A stretch of DNA of 64,000 bases from an uncultured bacterium. Its GTDB lineage: Bacteria; Desulfobacterota_D; UBA1144; Nemesobacterales; UBA2774. This document shows, in pieces, positions 43,424 to 54,209 of the stretch. The notes under the pieces are model-generated. The model saw only the letters and a list, made by a program, of their open reading frames with translations, made no database searches and was not told the origin of the DNA. A program made the position numbers and the translations under genes. Each line of letters begins with the position of its first letter. Position 1 is the first letter of the stretch. The DNA is taken from positions 2,400,001-2,464,000 of the forward strand of contig CAWGRW010000009.1 in NCBI GenBank assembly GCA_963825135.1, read 5' to 3'.

Positions 43424-46112
43424 ATGGCTAAGAAAAAGAAAGTTAAATTTAAATCAAAACCTAAAAAAAGCAAAATCCTGGCCATCCTGCTGGTAATGTT
43501 TCTCGTCCTGACGGCGTCGGGAATCCTGTCCCTTTACGGCGCGTATCTCTATTACTCGCGCGACCTGCCGAATTTCAAGGCCATCACGGGATATAAACCA
43601 AAGCTGATATCGGAGGTTTATTCCTCCGACGGGACCCTTATCGCCGAGTTCGCGTCCGAGAGGCGGAAGCTCATTCGTTACGAGGACATTCCTCCCCATG
43701 TGAGGGACGCGTTCCTAGCCGTCGAGGACAGGCGCTTTTTCGAGCACGAGGGCGTTGACATCAAAAGCATACTCGGCGCGGTGCTGGAAAACATGAAGGA
43801 GGGCGATTGGGTAAGAGGGGCGAGCACTATAACCCAGCAGGTCATAAAGAACATTATTCTCACCCCGGAGAGGACGTTATCGAGGAAGATAAAAGAAGCC
43901 ATACTCGCGCACAGGATCGAGAACAACCTTTCCAAGGAAGAGATTCTCTACCTCTACCTCAACCATATCTATCTCGCCGACGGCACCTACGGCATAGAAG
44001 CGGCGAGCATGGACTATTTCGGCAAGTCCGCCAGGGATATCAGTCTGTCAGAGGCGGCGCTTCTCGCGGGTCTGCCGAAAAAGCCCGAGTACTACTCCCC
44101 GCGGAAGCATCCGGAACGGGCGCTCGAGAGGCAGAAGCTCGTCTTGAGCGAGATGGAGGAGGCGGGCTTCATAACCAGGGACCAGAGGTTCGACGCCCTT
44201 GAAGAGAAGATAGAGATAGTGCCCAGGCGGAGGGTCAATAACGACCTCGCCCCCTATTTCGTCGAGCACGTGAGGCGTTATCTTCAGGACAAGGTCGGGG
44301 TGAAGGACTTTATAAACGGCGGATACACCGTCTTCACAACGCTCGATCTCGATCTGAACCTCGAGGCCCAGTGGGCGCTCAGGAGGGGGATAATCAGCCT
44401 CGATTCCAGGCACGGTCATAATTTCGTCTCGGAACACCTGACCGGAGAGAGCGAGACGAAAAAGTTCCTTCGAGAGCAGGGTATCGAACGTGTGGAACCC
44501 GGGGGCATGTACGACGCTGTAATCACGAAAGTCACTAAAGACGACAAGACGAAGGACTCCGATAAGCCTTTATACACGGCGGAAATAAAAGTGGGCGGCG
44601 TCCCTGGGGATATTGAAATTCGCCGTGAGCTCGCCTTTCGGGACGGCGGTGCCGGGCCTCGTCTCTCCTTCCACAAAGAAGCTCGCCCCGGCCGACGGCT
44701 ATGCGGGCACGAGCCTGAGTCCCTCGGAGCTCAAGGTGGGCGACGTCATAAAAGTCGAAGCCGAAAAGATTCAGGACGGCAAAAACTTTTTCTCGCTCGT
44801 TTATATACCCGTATCTCAGGCCGCGCTCATATCGATGGAATCGAACGGGAGGATAAGGGCGCTCATCGGGGGATACGATTTTGACCAATCGCAGTTCAAC
44901 AGGGTTACTCAGGCATTTCGACAGCCCGGGTCCTCATTCAAGCCGATCATATATTCGGCGGCGATAGACAAGGGGTACAGCGAGACCTCGATACTCTATG
45001 ACATGCCGGTGGTGGTAAAGGACTGGGCGCCCCAGAATTACGACGGGAACTACGAGGGGCCGATGGTGCTGAGGAGGGCGCTCGCGAAATCGCGCAACCT
45101 CGCCAGCGTCCGGCTGATTCTGGATATCGATCCCGGGTACGTAGCGAAGTATGCGAATAATTTCGGATTCACGTCCAGGCTCGAGCCCTATCCGTCTCTC
45201 GCCCTCGGCGGATCGGACGTTACCGTGCTCGAGATGGCCAGGGCGTTTAACGTCTTCGCCACCGGAGGCAATCTGGTCGAGCCCCAGTTCATTATGCGGA
45301 TATACGACCGGAACGGGAAGATAATCGAAGACAATACGGGCGGGAAATTTCTCTCGAAGGAAGAGGCTCTCAAGGCCGAGAGGGAAGACGCCCGCATACA
45401 AATACTAAAGGAGCTCGCGGAGAAGAAGGGCAGGGACCCCTCCGAGGCGCCCGAATATATCAAGGAAGAGGCCCTGACCGAAAAAAACGATATATCCGCC
45501 AATGCGGACAAGTATGCTTTCCTGACGCCTGAAGAATTCCTGGGCATTTTAAGGGAGCAGTCCGCTGACTTCATGTCCTCCGGGAATTCCAAGCAGACCC
45601 TTTCGCCCGAGACCGCTTTCATCATGACCGACCTGCTGCAGGCGGTCGTAAAGGAGGGAACGGGGATGAAGGCGTTGAGGCTTACGTCTCTCGCTCCCGT
45701 CGCGGGCAAAACGGGCACTTCAAACGATTATACGGATGCCTGGTTCGTAGGGTTCAGCCCCAAGGTCACTACGGCTGTGTGGGTCGGAAGGGACGACCAC
45801 AAACCGCTCGGAAGAAAAGAGGCCGGTTCGACCGCCGCGCTCCCGATATGGATAGATTATATGGAAGACGCGCTCGCAAAGTATCCTGGCGGCGTGTTCA
45901 AACAGCCTGCCGGCATCAAGATGGTCTCGACCCCTTACGGGTATATACCCTACAGTCTCGACTCCCTCCGCGACAACGTCATTGACTCGATACGCGACAG
46001 CGTGGTGATGGACGGACAGCAAATACAGAATTCGGGGATGTACTATCCCAGGGAATCCGGCGGCTCTAATAACGATACGGAGACCGAGATAGATTTCCTT
46101 CTCAAGCATTAA
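43424..46112 (+). CDS. mrcA: Penicillin-binding protein 1A, split by a +1 frameshift near 44606-44610
   Basis: The transglycosylase (EDRRFFEH.G, GASTITQQ, RKIKE) is in ORF 43424-44884. The transpeptidase (QPGSSFK, SRN, GKTGT) is in ORF 44613-46112. Removing one G from GGGG at 44606-44609 joins them. Confidence 0.88.
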
Positions 46113-46652
46113 TCGAGATTTATGAAGGGCCTTATGCGGGCGAGCTTCTTCTCACCCATCCCGTTTACGTTCAGCATGGAGCCCAAGTCCTTAAACCGGC
46201 CGTTTTCGTCCCTGTAGGCGATTATCCTACGGGCGAGCTTATCGCCGATCCCGGGCAGCGCCTCGAGGTCTTCGGCAGCGGCGGAATTTACACCGATCGG
46301 TATGCCCAGCGAAAGGCTTTTGATACCGCTTATCCTCTCTATCCGGGCGCTTTTGTCTCCTTCGAGTATGATCCTGGCGCCGTTTTTCAACTCGCTGTCG
46401 ATATTGTATGTATGTTTCAGTTCCTCGATTTTTTCAGGCCCTTTGATTACATTCACGACGGAGGAGCGCCCGTCGTCTATCTCGACGTAGATGCTGCCCG
46501 GCGGCTCCGATGATTTCCTTACCGCTCGGAAACAGGTATTGATAATAAGACTGCACGAGGAAGAAAAGGAGACACAGAAGGGCCAGGTACAGAAGGGAGT
46601 TATTTCTTTTCTCGGAAACGCTGACATTCGCCATTTTCTTTTTTTTTGTCAT
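46109..46652 (-). CDS. ComEA-like helix-hairpin-helix protein, frameshifted near 46514
   Basis: The N-terminal TM is in ORF 46434-46652. The HhH pair (VNSA..EDLEALPGIG..LARRII.YR..G.F; VNGMG.KK) is in ORF 46109-46627. Confidence 0.75.
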
Positions 46653-46774
46653 TCCCGAAACGATTGCGCACGAGTAAGCAATCGGGCGCTTCCGGCCGAT
46701 TGAAAATATGCTTCATTATCCCGGCACTTTGTAGCACAAGCCAAAACAAATCAGGAATCCAGCTAACACGTTAG

Positions 46775-47664
46775 CTAAGTGATCCTACGATTCTTCCTTA
46801 TGTCTCCATCCCTACCGGCATCCAATAAGTCTGCGGCGACTCGCCGCTCGTTCGACAGATACCAGTCCCGTCCTAGAAAATACCTCTTCGTCAGCCCGCC
46901 GTCCACCTGAATCGTCGTACCCGTGATGTAGCTCGCTCTCTCCGAGGCCAAAAATACCACGAGGCTCGCGAGCTCTTCCGGTCTTCCGATGCGCCTCGCG
47001 GGTACGTCCGTCTCCATCGCCGCGAGTGCGGCTTCTACGCTCGTACCTTCTCTTTTAGCCTTTTCGGAGGCGAGGTGCGTGATCCTGTCCGTGAGTATCC
47101 TCCCCGGGCAGACGTTATTGACCGTGATATTATAAGGGCCGAACTCGTTCGAGAGCGTCTTGGCGAGGCCGATTACGCCGGCCCTCACCGTATTCGAGAG
47201 TATGAGCCCGTCTATGGGCTGCTTTACAGCGATCGATGTGATGTTGACTATGCGCCCCCATTTCCGCTCCTTCATGAGCGGCAGGACTTCCCTGCTGAAC
47301 GTGACGGTGCTGAAGAGGTTGAGCTCTACCGCCCTCTGCCAGTCCTCGAGCGAGAAGTCGAGGAACGTCCCCGTGGGAGGGCCCCCGGCGTTATTGACGA
47401 GGATATCGACCCCCGAGTACTTCCTGATCGTCTCGCCGACGGCCATTTTAATGTCGGCCGTCTTCGATACGTCGCATTCTATCGCGAGCACGTCCGCGCC
47501 CGTCTCGGATACGATTTCCCTGAGGCCTTGTCGAGATCGTCCTTCCCCCTGGCGCACAGCGTGAGCCGCACGCCTTCCCGGGCGAGCCCGAGCGCGACCG
47601 CCTTGCCGAGCCCTTTACTCGACGCGCCTACAATAGCTACTTTATCTTTGATTCCTAAGTCCAT
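46775..47664 (-). CDS. SDR family oxidoreductase, frameshifted near 47518-47520
   Basis: The Rossmann motif GASSKGLG is in ORF 47479-47664. NNAGGPP, SNTVRAG and YITG..QVDGG are in ORF 46775-47557. The true stop is probably near 46873. Confidence 0.8.
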
Positions 47665-47741
47665 GATGTTATGTAATTATTTCTAACTGTATCATGTGCG
47701 TTATAAGAGGGGAGGGGGGGATGAGAAGAACTATTCACCTC

Positions 47742-48104
47742 TCACTCGCCCTTGGATTTGGATTTGGCCTTTGTCGTATCCTTTTTTATCGAATCGAGCG
47801 TCGATGTGCCCGAAACGGCCGCAATTTCAGACGGCAGGCCCGAAGTATCTTTCTTTTTCTCGCCCTCGGCGCCTTCTTTGGCGGGAGTGCCCAGGTCGTT
47901 TGCGTGGGGCGGTATGCCCGGCCCCTTGGCGTAGTCGGTGGAATACCAACCCGTTCCGGTCAGCTGAAAGGAAGAGAGCGATATGAGCTTTTCGAGCTTT
48001 CCGGTTTTGCAGAATTTACATTTCTTTAACGGGGGATCGTTAAAGCCCTGAAGGGCTTCGGTTACCCTTCCGCATTTTTTACATTCGTACTCGTAAATCG
48101 GCAT
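47742..48104 (-). CDS. FmdB family zinc-ribbon protein
   Basis: MPIYEYECxxC...CxxC...F.L.G.GWY.TDY signature. Confidence 0.88.
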   Translation of the reverse strand: MPIYEYECKKCGRVTEALQGFNDPPLKKCKFCKTGKLEKLISLSSFQLTGTGWYSTDYAKGPGIPPHANDLGTPAKEGAEGEKKKDTSGLPSEIAAVSGTSTLDSIKKDTTKAKSKSKGE

Positions 48105-48327
48105 TCCCGTTACCTCATGTGATTAATGAGATTATATAATCGGTTTAATATAATAGTTTCGGACAAATTTTCAAGATTTGCTGAGTCATGATCGGAGCTT
48201 GACATCGAAAAAGTCAGGGCGTTGAATCAATATCTGCACCTTTAATCTGGGAACGAGCTTAACCGCGATAAAGGCTGCCATTATTCGATTACGGATGAAC
48301 TAGTGCAGGAACCGTCGACCTGGTTAA

Positions 48328-48757
48328 GCATCGCGAACACGTTACTTCGGCAGAGTACGATTAAACTCTAGTTGGAGGAATCAATTTTGTGGGTTTATTG
48401 CAGGTTATTTTTTTCCTGAGGCAACACAGCCTGAAATAGTTGATATATTTAAAAATCGATGCTGCACGGACGTGAGTGGTGGTAGCTGTGATAGAGACGG
48501 CAACGTGCAACAGCAACTCTGATTGTAGTGGTGTTAGGTCTGATCCTAGTGGTGCTCCTAGAAACAATTGTGTACAAGTCTGGGAGATCGAGGTTCCATC
48601 CGAAGATTCCGGTCTCGTTTCTATGTTTCGTGAGCAAGGTATCTGCATGCGGGGGCAAGTAGTCAAATGTAAAACTTCGGATGGAAGAATATTTTCTGAA
48701 TGCCGAAGCACAGGAGGATCTTGTCGGCGTGGACAATCTGACCCGGGTGTTCGCTAG
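48328..48757 (+). pseudogene. Fragmented Cys-rich ORF (relic)
   Basis: Frame 1 reads ...KNRCCTDVSGGSCD and frame 2 continues ETATCNSNSDCSG...C..C..C..C..C to the stop at 48757. There is no good start. Confidence 0.35.
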
Positions 48758-48793
48758 TCTTTAATTAGCTGAAATTCGGGCTATTAACATTAT

Positions 48794-48821
48794 AGTTTAC
48801 ATAATATATCTTATCGGACAT
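48794..48821 (-). other. dif: dif site (XerC/XerD chromosome dimer resolution site)
   Basis: The minus strand reads ATGTCCGATAA-GATATA-TTATGTAAACT: an 11-6-11 layout with inner ATAA/TTAT symmetry. The right arm equals the XerD-side arm of B. subtilis dif (TTATGTAAACT). It is intergenic. Confidence 0.85.
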
Positions 48822-48922
48822 ACGGCAGTCTCGCGCCGCACGACATACTTTTGTCCCTGAAACCATAACAAGTATACTATTCTGAGTCAAACCGAATCCC
48901 TTATTCCCGAGGTAAGAGAATC

Positions 48923-49661
48923 ATGAAGGGTTTAATCCCGGACAAAAAAACATGGATAACGACAGGCGCTCTGGTGCTTTTGTGTTTACTCTGCTCGGCC
49001 GGAGATCTATTTTCACAAGAACCCACGATCGGCGAGAAAATCGCACAGGCTTACGGAGTAAGCGGCTTCGGAGAAATCGAAGAACTGAAATTTACTTTTA
49101 ACATTAAATGGGGAGAAATTTCAGCCAGCCGGTCCTGGGTATGGCTGCCCAAGGAAGACAAGGTTACTTACCTCGGAGACGGGAAACCGGATAGTAAGGC
49201 CATAACCTACAACAGGAAAGATTTGTCGGATTCGGGGTCCGAATCGCTCAGGGAAATAGACTGCCCATTTTATTAACGACCAGTACTGGCTCCTCTTCCC
49301 CTTTCATTTGGCCTGGGACAGCGGGATGAAAGTCGAGCTCGCCGGTGAAAAGGTAAAGTTTCCGATGGGCGGCGGAATGGGCAGGATGGTCAGTGTTATT
49401 TATCCCCCCACGGGCGGGTACACCCCCGGGGACAGATATGATCTGTTTTTAGACGATAACAATATGATTGCGGAGTGGATATTCAGACGCGGAGGCGCCG
49501 AGAAACCGACTGTGATCGCCACCTGGGAAGATAACCGTCATATGGGTCCGATAATAATGTCTTTAAATCACGTAGGCGCTGATAAGAACTTCCATGTCTG
49601 GTTCACCGATGTTGAAATGAAATTATCCGGCTCCGGTGAGCCAATAAAATCTGAACAGTAA
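48923..49661 (+). CDS. Exported hypothetical protein, split by a frameshift near 49262
   Basis: A signal peptide is in ORF 48923-49276. Deleting one base gives the continuous reading ID-AHFINDQYWLLFPFHLAWD into ORF 49308-49661 (GGYTPGDRY). Confidence 0.7.
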
Positions 49662-49714
49662 CTGCTTGCCGGGTCAATTAGCTGCACAATCCATAACAGG
49701 TATCATAAAAGTGT

Positions 49715-50434
49715 ATGAAGCTAAAAGGCGAGAAGGCCCTCATCACCGGCGGAAGCAAGGGCATAGGCAAAGGAATCGCGGCCGCGTTCCTCATGGAAGG
49801 CGCATCCGTTATTATATGCGGAAGGAACGAGATCAATCTGAAAGCCGCGTGTAACGAGCTTGGCAGGCTCGGGCGGATGGAGTACATCGTCGCGGATATA
49901 GCGAACAGGGACGATGTCAAACGCCTCGCCGATACGATCAGAGATAAATGGGGTTCCCTCGATGTGCTCGTCAATAACGCGAGTATCCTCGGCGAGCGCA
50001 TGCCCGTCTCTGAGTACCCGGAAGACGTCTGGGTGGAAGTGATTCATATTAATCTCAACGCGCAGTTTTTCGTCACGAAGGCCCTCCTCCCGCTTCTCAT
50101 GAAATCCGAAAACGCTTCCATCATAAACGTGAGCTCGAGCGTCGGGAGGCGTGGAAAAAAGGAATGGGGAGCCTACGCCGCGTCCAAGTTCGGGCTCGAA
50201 GCCCTGACGCAGGTGCTGGCTGATGAATTGGGTGAAACGGGTCCCAGGGTGAACTCCGTAAACCCCGGAGGCACGCGTACGGACATGAGGGCCGGCGCAT
50301 ACCCTGAGGAGGACCCGATGACCCTGCCCTCGCCCGAGGAAATCTCCCCGGTCTTCGTCTACCTGGCTTCAGACGATTCTATAGGCGTTACGGGCAAGGA
50401 ATTTAACGCCAGAGACTGGATCGGGACAAAGTAA
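49715..50434 (+). CDS. SDR family oxidoreductase (YciK-like)
   Basis: TGGSKGIG, NNAS, WGAYAASK and NPGGTRT.MRA.AYP.ED motifs. Confidence 0.88.
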   Translation: MKLKGEKALITGGSKGIGKGIAAAFLMEGASVIICGRNEINLKAACNELGRLGRMEYIVADIANRDDVKRLADTIRDKWGSLDVLVNNASILGERMPVSEYPEDVWVEVIHINLNAQFFVTKALLPLLMKSENASIINVSSSVGRRGKKEWGAYAASKFGLEALTQVLADELGETGPRVNSVNPGGTRTDMRAGAYPEEDPMTLPSPEEISPVFVYLASDDSIGVTGKEFNARDWIGTK

Positions 50435-50576
50435 TGATATGAAAAACCTAAGCTAATCCTAGATTTCCCTAACCTGATCAAAATTTTTTTCGGAGCGTTG
50501 CCTTTATTTTCCCGGCTTCTTATAATAGATAATCTCGGAATGCATTTGATTTAAAGTTCAGGAGGATGAGGAGATA

Positions 50577-51080
50577 ATGTATAAAAAGATTTTCTTATTT
50601 ACGGCCGCGGCATTATTCAGTTCCGCAGCCTTAATCTCATGCAACAAGACCGCCGGCACAGGCGCTGCGGAGGACGCTGACTCCGGCCCTATCAAGCGCG
50701 GCGAGTATATCGTCAAGATCACGGGCTGCAATGACTGCCACACGCCCGGATACCCTGAGTCCGACGCCACCCTGCCTGTTGATGAGTGGCTCACCGGAAG
50801 CCCCCTCGGCTGGAGGGGACCGTGGGGTACGACTTACGCCTTGAACCTCCGTCTTTTCGTGCAGGGACTTACCGAAGCCGAGTGGATTGCCAACGCGCGC
50901 ACTGTGAAGGCCAGACCGCCTATGCCCTGGTACGTACTCAGGGATATGAGCGACGCCGACTTGACCGATGTTTATCTTTTCATCAAGTCTTTGGGTCCCG
51001 CGGGAGAGCCTACGCCTGCTTATGTGCCGCCTGATAAAGAGCCTGCGGGACCGTATGTGGAGTTCCCGGCCGCACCTTAA
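50577..51080 (+). CDS. Monoheme c-type cytochrome, probable lipoprotein
   Basis: Lipobox LISC, RGEY....GCNDCHT, and PPMPW supplying a candidate distal Met. Confidence 0.85.
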   Translation: MYKKIFLFTAAALFSSAALISCNKTAGTGAAEDADSGPIKRGEYIVKITGCNDCHTPGYPESDATLPVDEWLTGSPLGWRGPWGTTYALNLRLFVQGLTEAEWIANARTVKARPPMPWYVLRDMSDADLTDVYLFIKSLGPAGEPTPAYVPPDKEPAGPYVEFPAAP

Positions 51081-51114
51081 TGCGTCCCTCCGTGAAGCAT
51101 GCGCTGGGAACGAT

Positions 51115-51825
51115 TTAATGACCGTCGGTCTTGATAATCACGTAAAGCTCTTTCGGGCCGTGTACGCCGAGTGTCAGGTTGAGCTCTATGTCCGCCGTCC
51201 TGCTCGGTCCGGTGATAAAAGTCATGCAGCTCGGGACATCCCGGCCGGTATCGAGCATTTGTTTAAGTATGATGAATAACTCTCTGATATCGCTCACTAT
51301 ATCGGTCTTATTGACTATCGCCAGGTGGATCGGGGGAAGGAGCGAAACACTCCTCGGGCTGTCCTCGTCCGTCAGCAGCACCAGCGTCCCTGTATCGGCT
51401 ATGGCGTAATCGGCCCCGGTTATACCCATCCCGGCCCCCGCTATCTCGTTCTTATCACAGGATATTATCTGCTTCAACCCTTCCCTGTTCAACAGCTCCT
51501 TCAAGCCCGTCGAATTGATATAGTCCGACTCCCATATGGCATAAGACGAGATTCCTTTCTCTTGTACGATGTCTGTTATAACCGCCTTTAATTCTTCATC
51601 ATTTTCTGCTTTTAAAACAACCGCGTTAACATTAAGCAGTTCTTTAATAAATGAGTCTAATAGACTATCAATATTAGTTATTCTAATTTTTTTAAGCTCT
51701 TCTGCCTCGTTGCCGAAGTCCCTTTCCGCGTCGCGGGTAGAAAGCCCCCCCTTTTCATGCCCCGGATCTCCGTACAGGCCCAGTCTTACCTTCCTCAGAA
51801 TCTCTTCCCGGGAGTCCTTATTCAT
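51115..51825 (-). CDS. lutC: Lactate utilization protein C (LutC/YkgG)
   Basis: AIADTGTL, R..SLLPP.H and ITGPSRTADIE..L..GVHGP motifs. Confidence 0.88.
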   Translation of the reverse strand: MNKDSREEILRKVRLGLYGDPGHEKGGLSTRDAERDFGNEAEELKKIRITNIDSLLDSFIKELLNVNAVVLKAENDEELKAVITDIVQEKGISSYAIWESDYINSTGLKELLNREGLKQIISCDKNEIAGAGMGITGADYAIADTGTLVLLTDEDSPRSVSLLPPIHLAIVNKTDIVSDIRELFIILKQMLDTGRDVPSCMTFITGPSRTADIELNLTLGVHGPKELYVIIKTDGH

Positions 51826-53285
51826 CTGTTATGTTTTCCGGGCCCCCCCTGCCCCGTTTCACTTCTCAATTTTTTCCACCTCTCCCTGAACGGCGTTCTT
51901 GCGATCGCCGGGAAGTCCCTGTCCCGGGTCCACCTCGAAAGTGGGTAAGGCAGTGATCCGAGACTCCCGCCCTTTCCACGGAATGGCGACTGGAGGTGAT
52001 ACATGAGCCCGGAGAAGGCCCCATAGAGTTTTTCGTGTGTGACGATTATTCTCCAGAGCCTGAACCCCATTCGCTCGATGAATAGCTCCATGCCCTTGCC
52101 TTTCTCCGCTTTCGATTCCTTGACCTCGTGCCGGAGCTCGAGCAGCACCCTGGGGAAATCAATCTTGACCGGGCATACGTCCCTGCACGCCCCGCATAGA
52201 GAAGACGCGAACGGAAGCTCCGGCGCCTTGTCTATCCCGAGCAGCTGAGGGCTTATTATCGCCCCTATCGGGCCCGAATAAACCCACCCGTACGAGTGCC
52301 CTCCCACCTTCCTGTAAACGGGGCAGTTGTTGAGGCACGCCCCGCACCTGATGCAATAGAGCGACTCCCTCGTCTGCTCGTTCGCCAATATGCCCGAGCG
52401 CCCGTTGTCGAGAAGCACGAGGTGGAATTCCTCGGGTCCGTCCTTATCCGTTTTCCTGCGCGGGCCCGTGATGAATGAAACGTATGTCGAGGATTTCTGT
52501 CCGGTCGCGCTCCTCGCGAGGAGCGTGAGAAACAATGAAAGGTCGTTGTAGCGCGGGATTATTTTCTCTATTCCCACGAGCGCTACATGGATACGCGGCA
52601 CTGTAGTCGTGAGCCGCGCGTTTCCCTCGTTCTCCACTATCACTATAGTTCCGGTCTCGGCTACTGCGAAGTTAGCGCCCGATACGCCCATCCCCGCGTT
52701 AAGGAACTCGCTCCTCATCCTCTCCCTCGCCACTTTCGTCAGCTCCTCGGGCTCGCTCAGATACGGTACTCCGAGCTTTTCCGAAAAGAGTCTCGATATG
52801 TCGTCCTTCGTCTTGTGAACGGCCGGGGCGATTATGTGAGAAGGGTGCTCGCCCGCGAGCTGTATGATGTACTCGCCGAGGTCTGTCTCTACCGCCCTTA
52901 TTCCGGCCTTTTCAAACGCGGCGTTGAGCTCAACTTCCTCCGTCGCCATGGACTTGCTCTTCACGACCGATTTGACGCCGTTTTTCCGCGCGATTTCTAT
53001 TACTATCGCGCATGCTTCTTCCCCGTCCATGGCCCAGTGCACGTGACCGCCCGTCTTCTTCACGTTCTCTTCGAGCATGAGCAGGTATCGGTCCAGGTTC
53101 TCTATCGTCTCTTTTTTAATCTCCCGCCCGAGCGTCCTTAGCTCGTCCCACCCCGGCACCTCCGAGCTCGCCTTATTCCGCGCCGACCTGAAGCGGTCGG
53201 TCACGTTTACGAGCGCGCGCTGGAGCTTCTCGTCATCCACCGCCCTTCCTGAATCCGCCTCGAAATTTATCCTCTCGTATCCCAT
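51822..53285 (-). CDS. lutB: Lactate utilization Fe-S protein B (LutB/LldF)
   Basis: KSKSM, ETDLGEYIIQL, RSATGQ, CIRCGAC...CPVY and SLCGAC..VCPV motifs. Confidence 0.93.
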   Translation of the reverse strand: MGYERINFEADSGRAVDDEKLQRALVNVTDRFRSARNKASSEVPGWDELRTLGREIKKETIENLDRYLLMLEENVKKTGGHVHWAMDGEEACAIVIEIARKNGVKSVVKSKSMATEEVELNAAFEKAGIRAVETDLGEYIIQLAGEHPSHIIAPAVHKTKDDISRLFSEKLGVPYLSEPEELTKVARERMRSEFLNAGMGVSGANFAVAETGTIVIVENEGNARLTTTVPRIHVALVGIEKIIPRYNDLSLFLTLLARSATGQKSSTYVSFITGPRRKTDKDGPEEFHLVLLDNGRSGILANEQTRESLYCIRCGACLNNCPVYRKVGGHSYGWVYSGPIGAIISPQLLGIDKAPELPFASSLCGACRDVCPVKIDFPRVLLELRHEVKESKAEKGKGMELFIERMGFRLWRIIVTHEKLYGAFSGLMYHLQSPFRGKGGSLGSLPYPLSRWTRDRDFPAIARTPFRERWKKLRSETGQGGPGKHNR

Positions 53286-53287
53286 GG

Positions 53288-54055
53288 TCAGAACCCCTGG
53301 CCCCCTTCACTCCCCGTCTGCGCGAGCAGCTCCGCCAGGTGCATCGCCCTCACCGGTATATTCCTCCTCGAGAGAGCGCCCCCGATGTTCATGAGGCACC
53401 CCATGTCGGACGATACCACCGTATCAGCGCCGCTCCTGACTATGCAGTCTATCTTCTCGTCGAGCATCGAGACCGAGACCCTCGGAAATTTTATCGAGAA
53501 CGTGCCCCCGAATCCGCAGCACGCGTCGTGCATCTCCATCTCCCTCAGCTCGATCCCCCTCACCGCCTCTATTAATTTTCTCGGCTCGTCCTTAATTCCG
53601 AGCTCCCTCAGGAGGTGGCAGGAATCGTGATACGTGACGACCCCGTCATATCTGGCCCCCACGTCGGCTGTCTTCATCACATTTATCAGAAACTCGGAAA
53701 ATTCATAGGTCTTTTTAGTTATTGTTCTCAGATTATCTAATTGTTCATGGTTATTAGCCAGTAATTCTTTATAATATACTTTAAGCATGGTAGTGCACGA
53801 GCCCGAGGGGCATACGATGTACGTTTCCTCGTCCCGGCTCTCTTTCAGGGCGTTGCCGAATACCGAAATGAACCTTTCGGCGACTGCTCTCGCGTCTTCC
53901 CTGTACCCGCTGTTAAATGCAGGCTGCCCGCAGCAGGTCTGCGCCCCGGGAAACTCGACGTCCACGCCGAGCCTGTCGAGCACCTTGACCATCCCCTCCC
54001 CTACCCCCGGGAAAAACGTATCGACGAGACATGTGACGAACAGACAGACTCTCAT
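53288..54055 (-). CDS. lutA: Lactate utilization protein A (LutA, CCG-domain)
   Basis: FVTCLVD, QTCCGQP, SGSC, YHDSCH and CCGFGGTF motifs. Confidence 0.92.
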   Translation of the reverse strand: MRVCLFVTCLVDTFFPGVGEGMVKVLDRLGVDVEFPGAQTCCGQPAFNSGYREDARAVAERFISVFGNALKESRDEETYIVCPSGSCTTMLKVYYKELLANNHEQLDNLRTITKKTYEFSEFLINVMKTADVGARYDGVVTYHDSCHLLRELGIKDEPRKLIEAVRGIELREMEMHDACCGFGGTFSIKFPRVSVSMLDEKIDCIVRSGADTVVSSDMGCLMNIGGALSRRNIPVRAMHLAELLAQTGSEGGQGF

Positions 54056-54209
54056 GGCGGGCTGGAATACGGCTTATTCGAATCCTTTAGGTTCCATTAT
54101 CATCGATGATTGTGATTATTTCAATTAGCGGTGATTATTTCAATCTGTTAGAGTAATCACGGGCCGGTTTCATCCGCGGCCTGCGTTCGAACGAATCCGG
54201 AGCCGGGTT

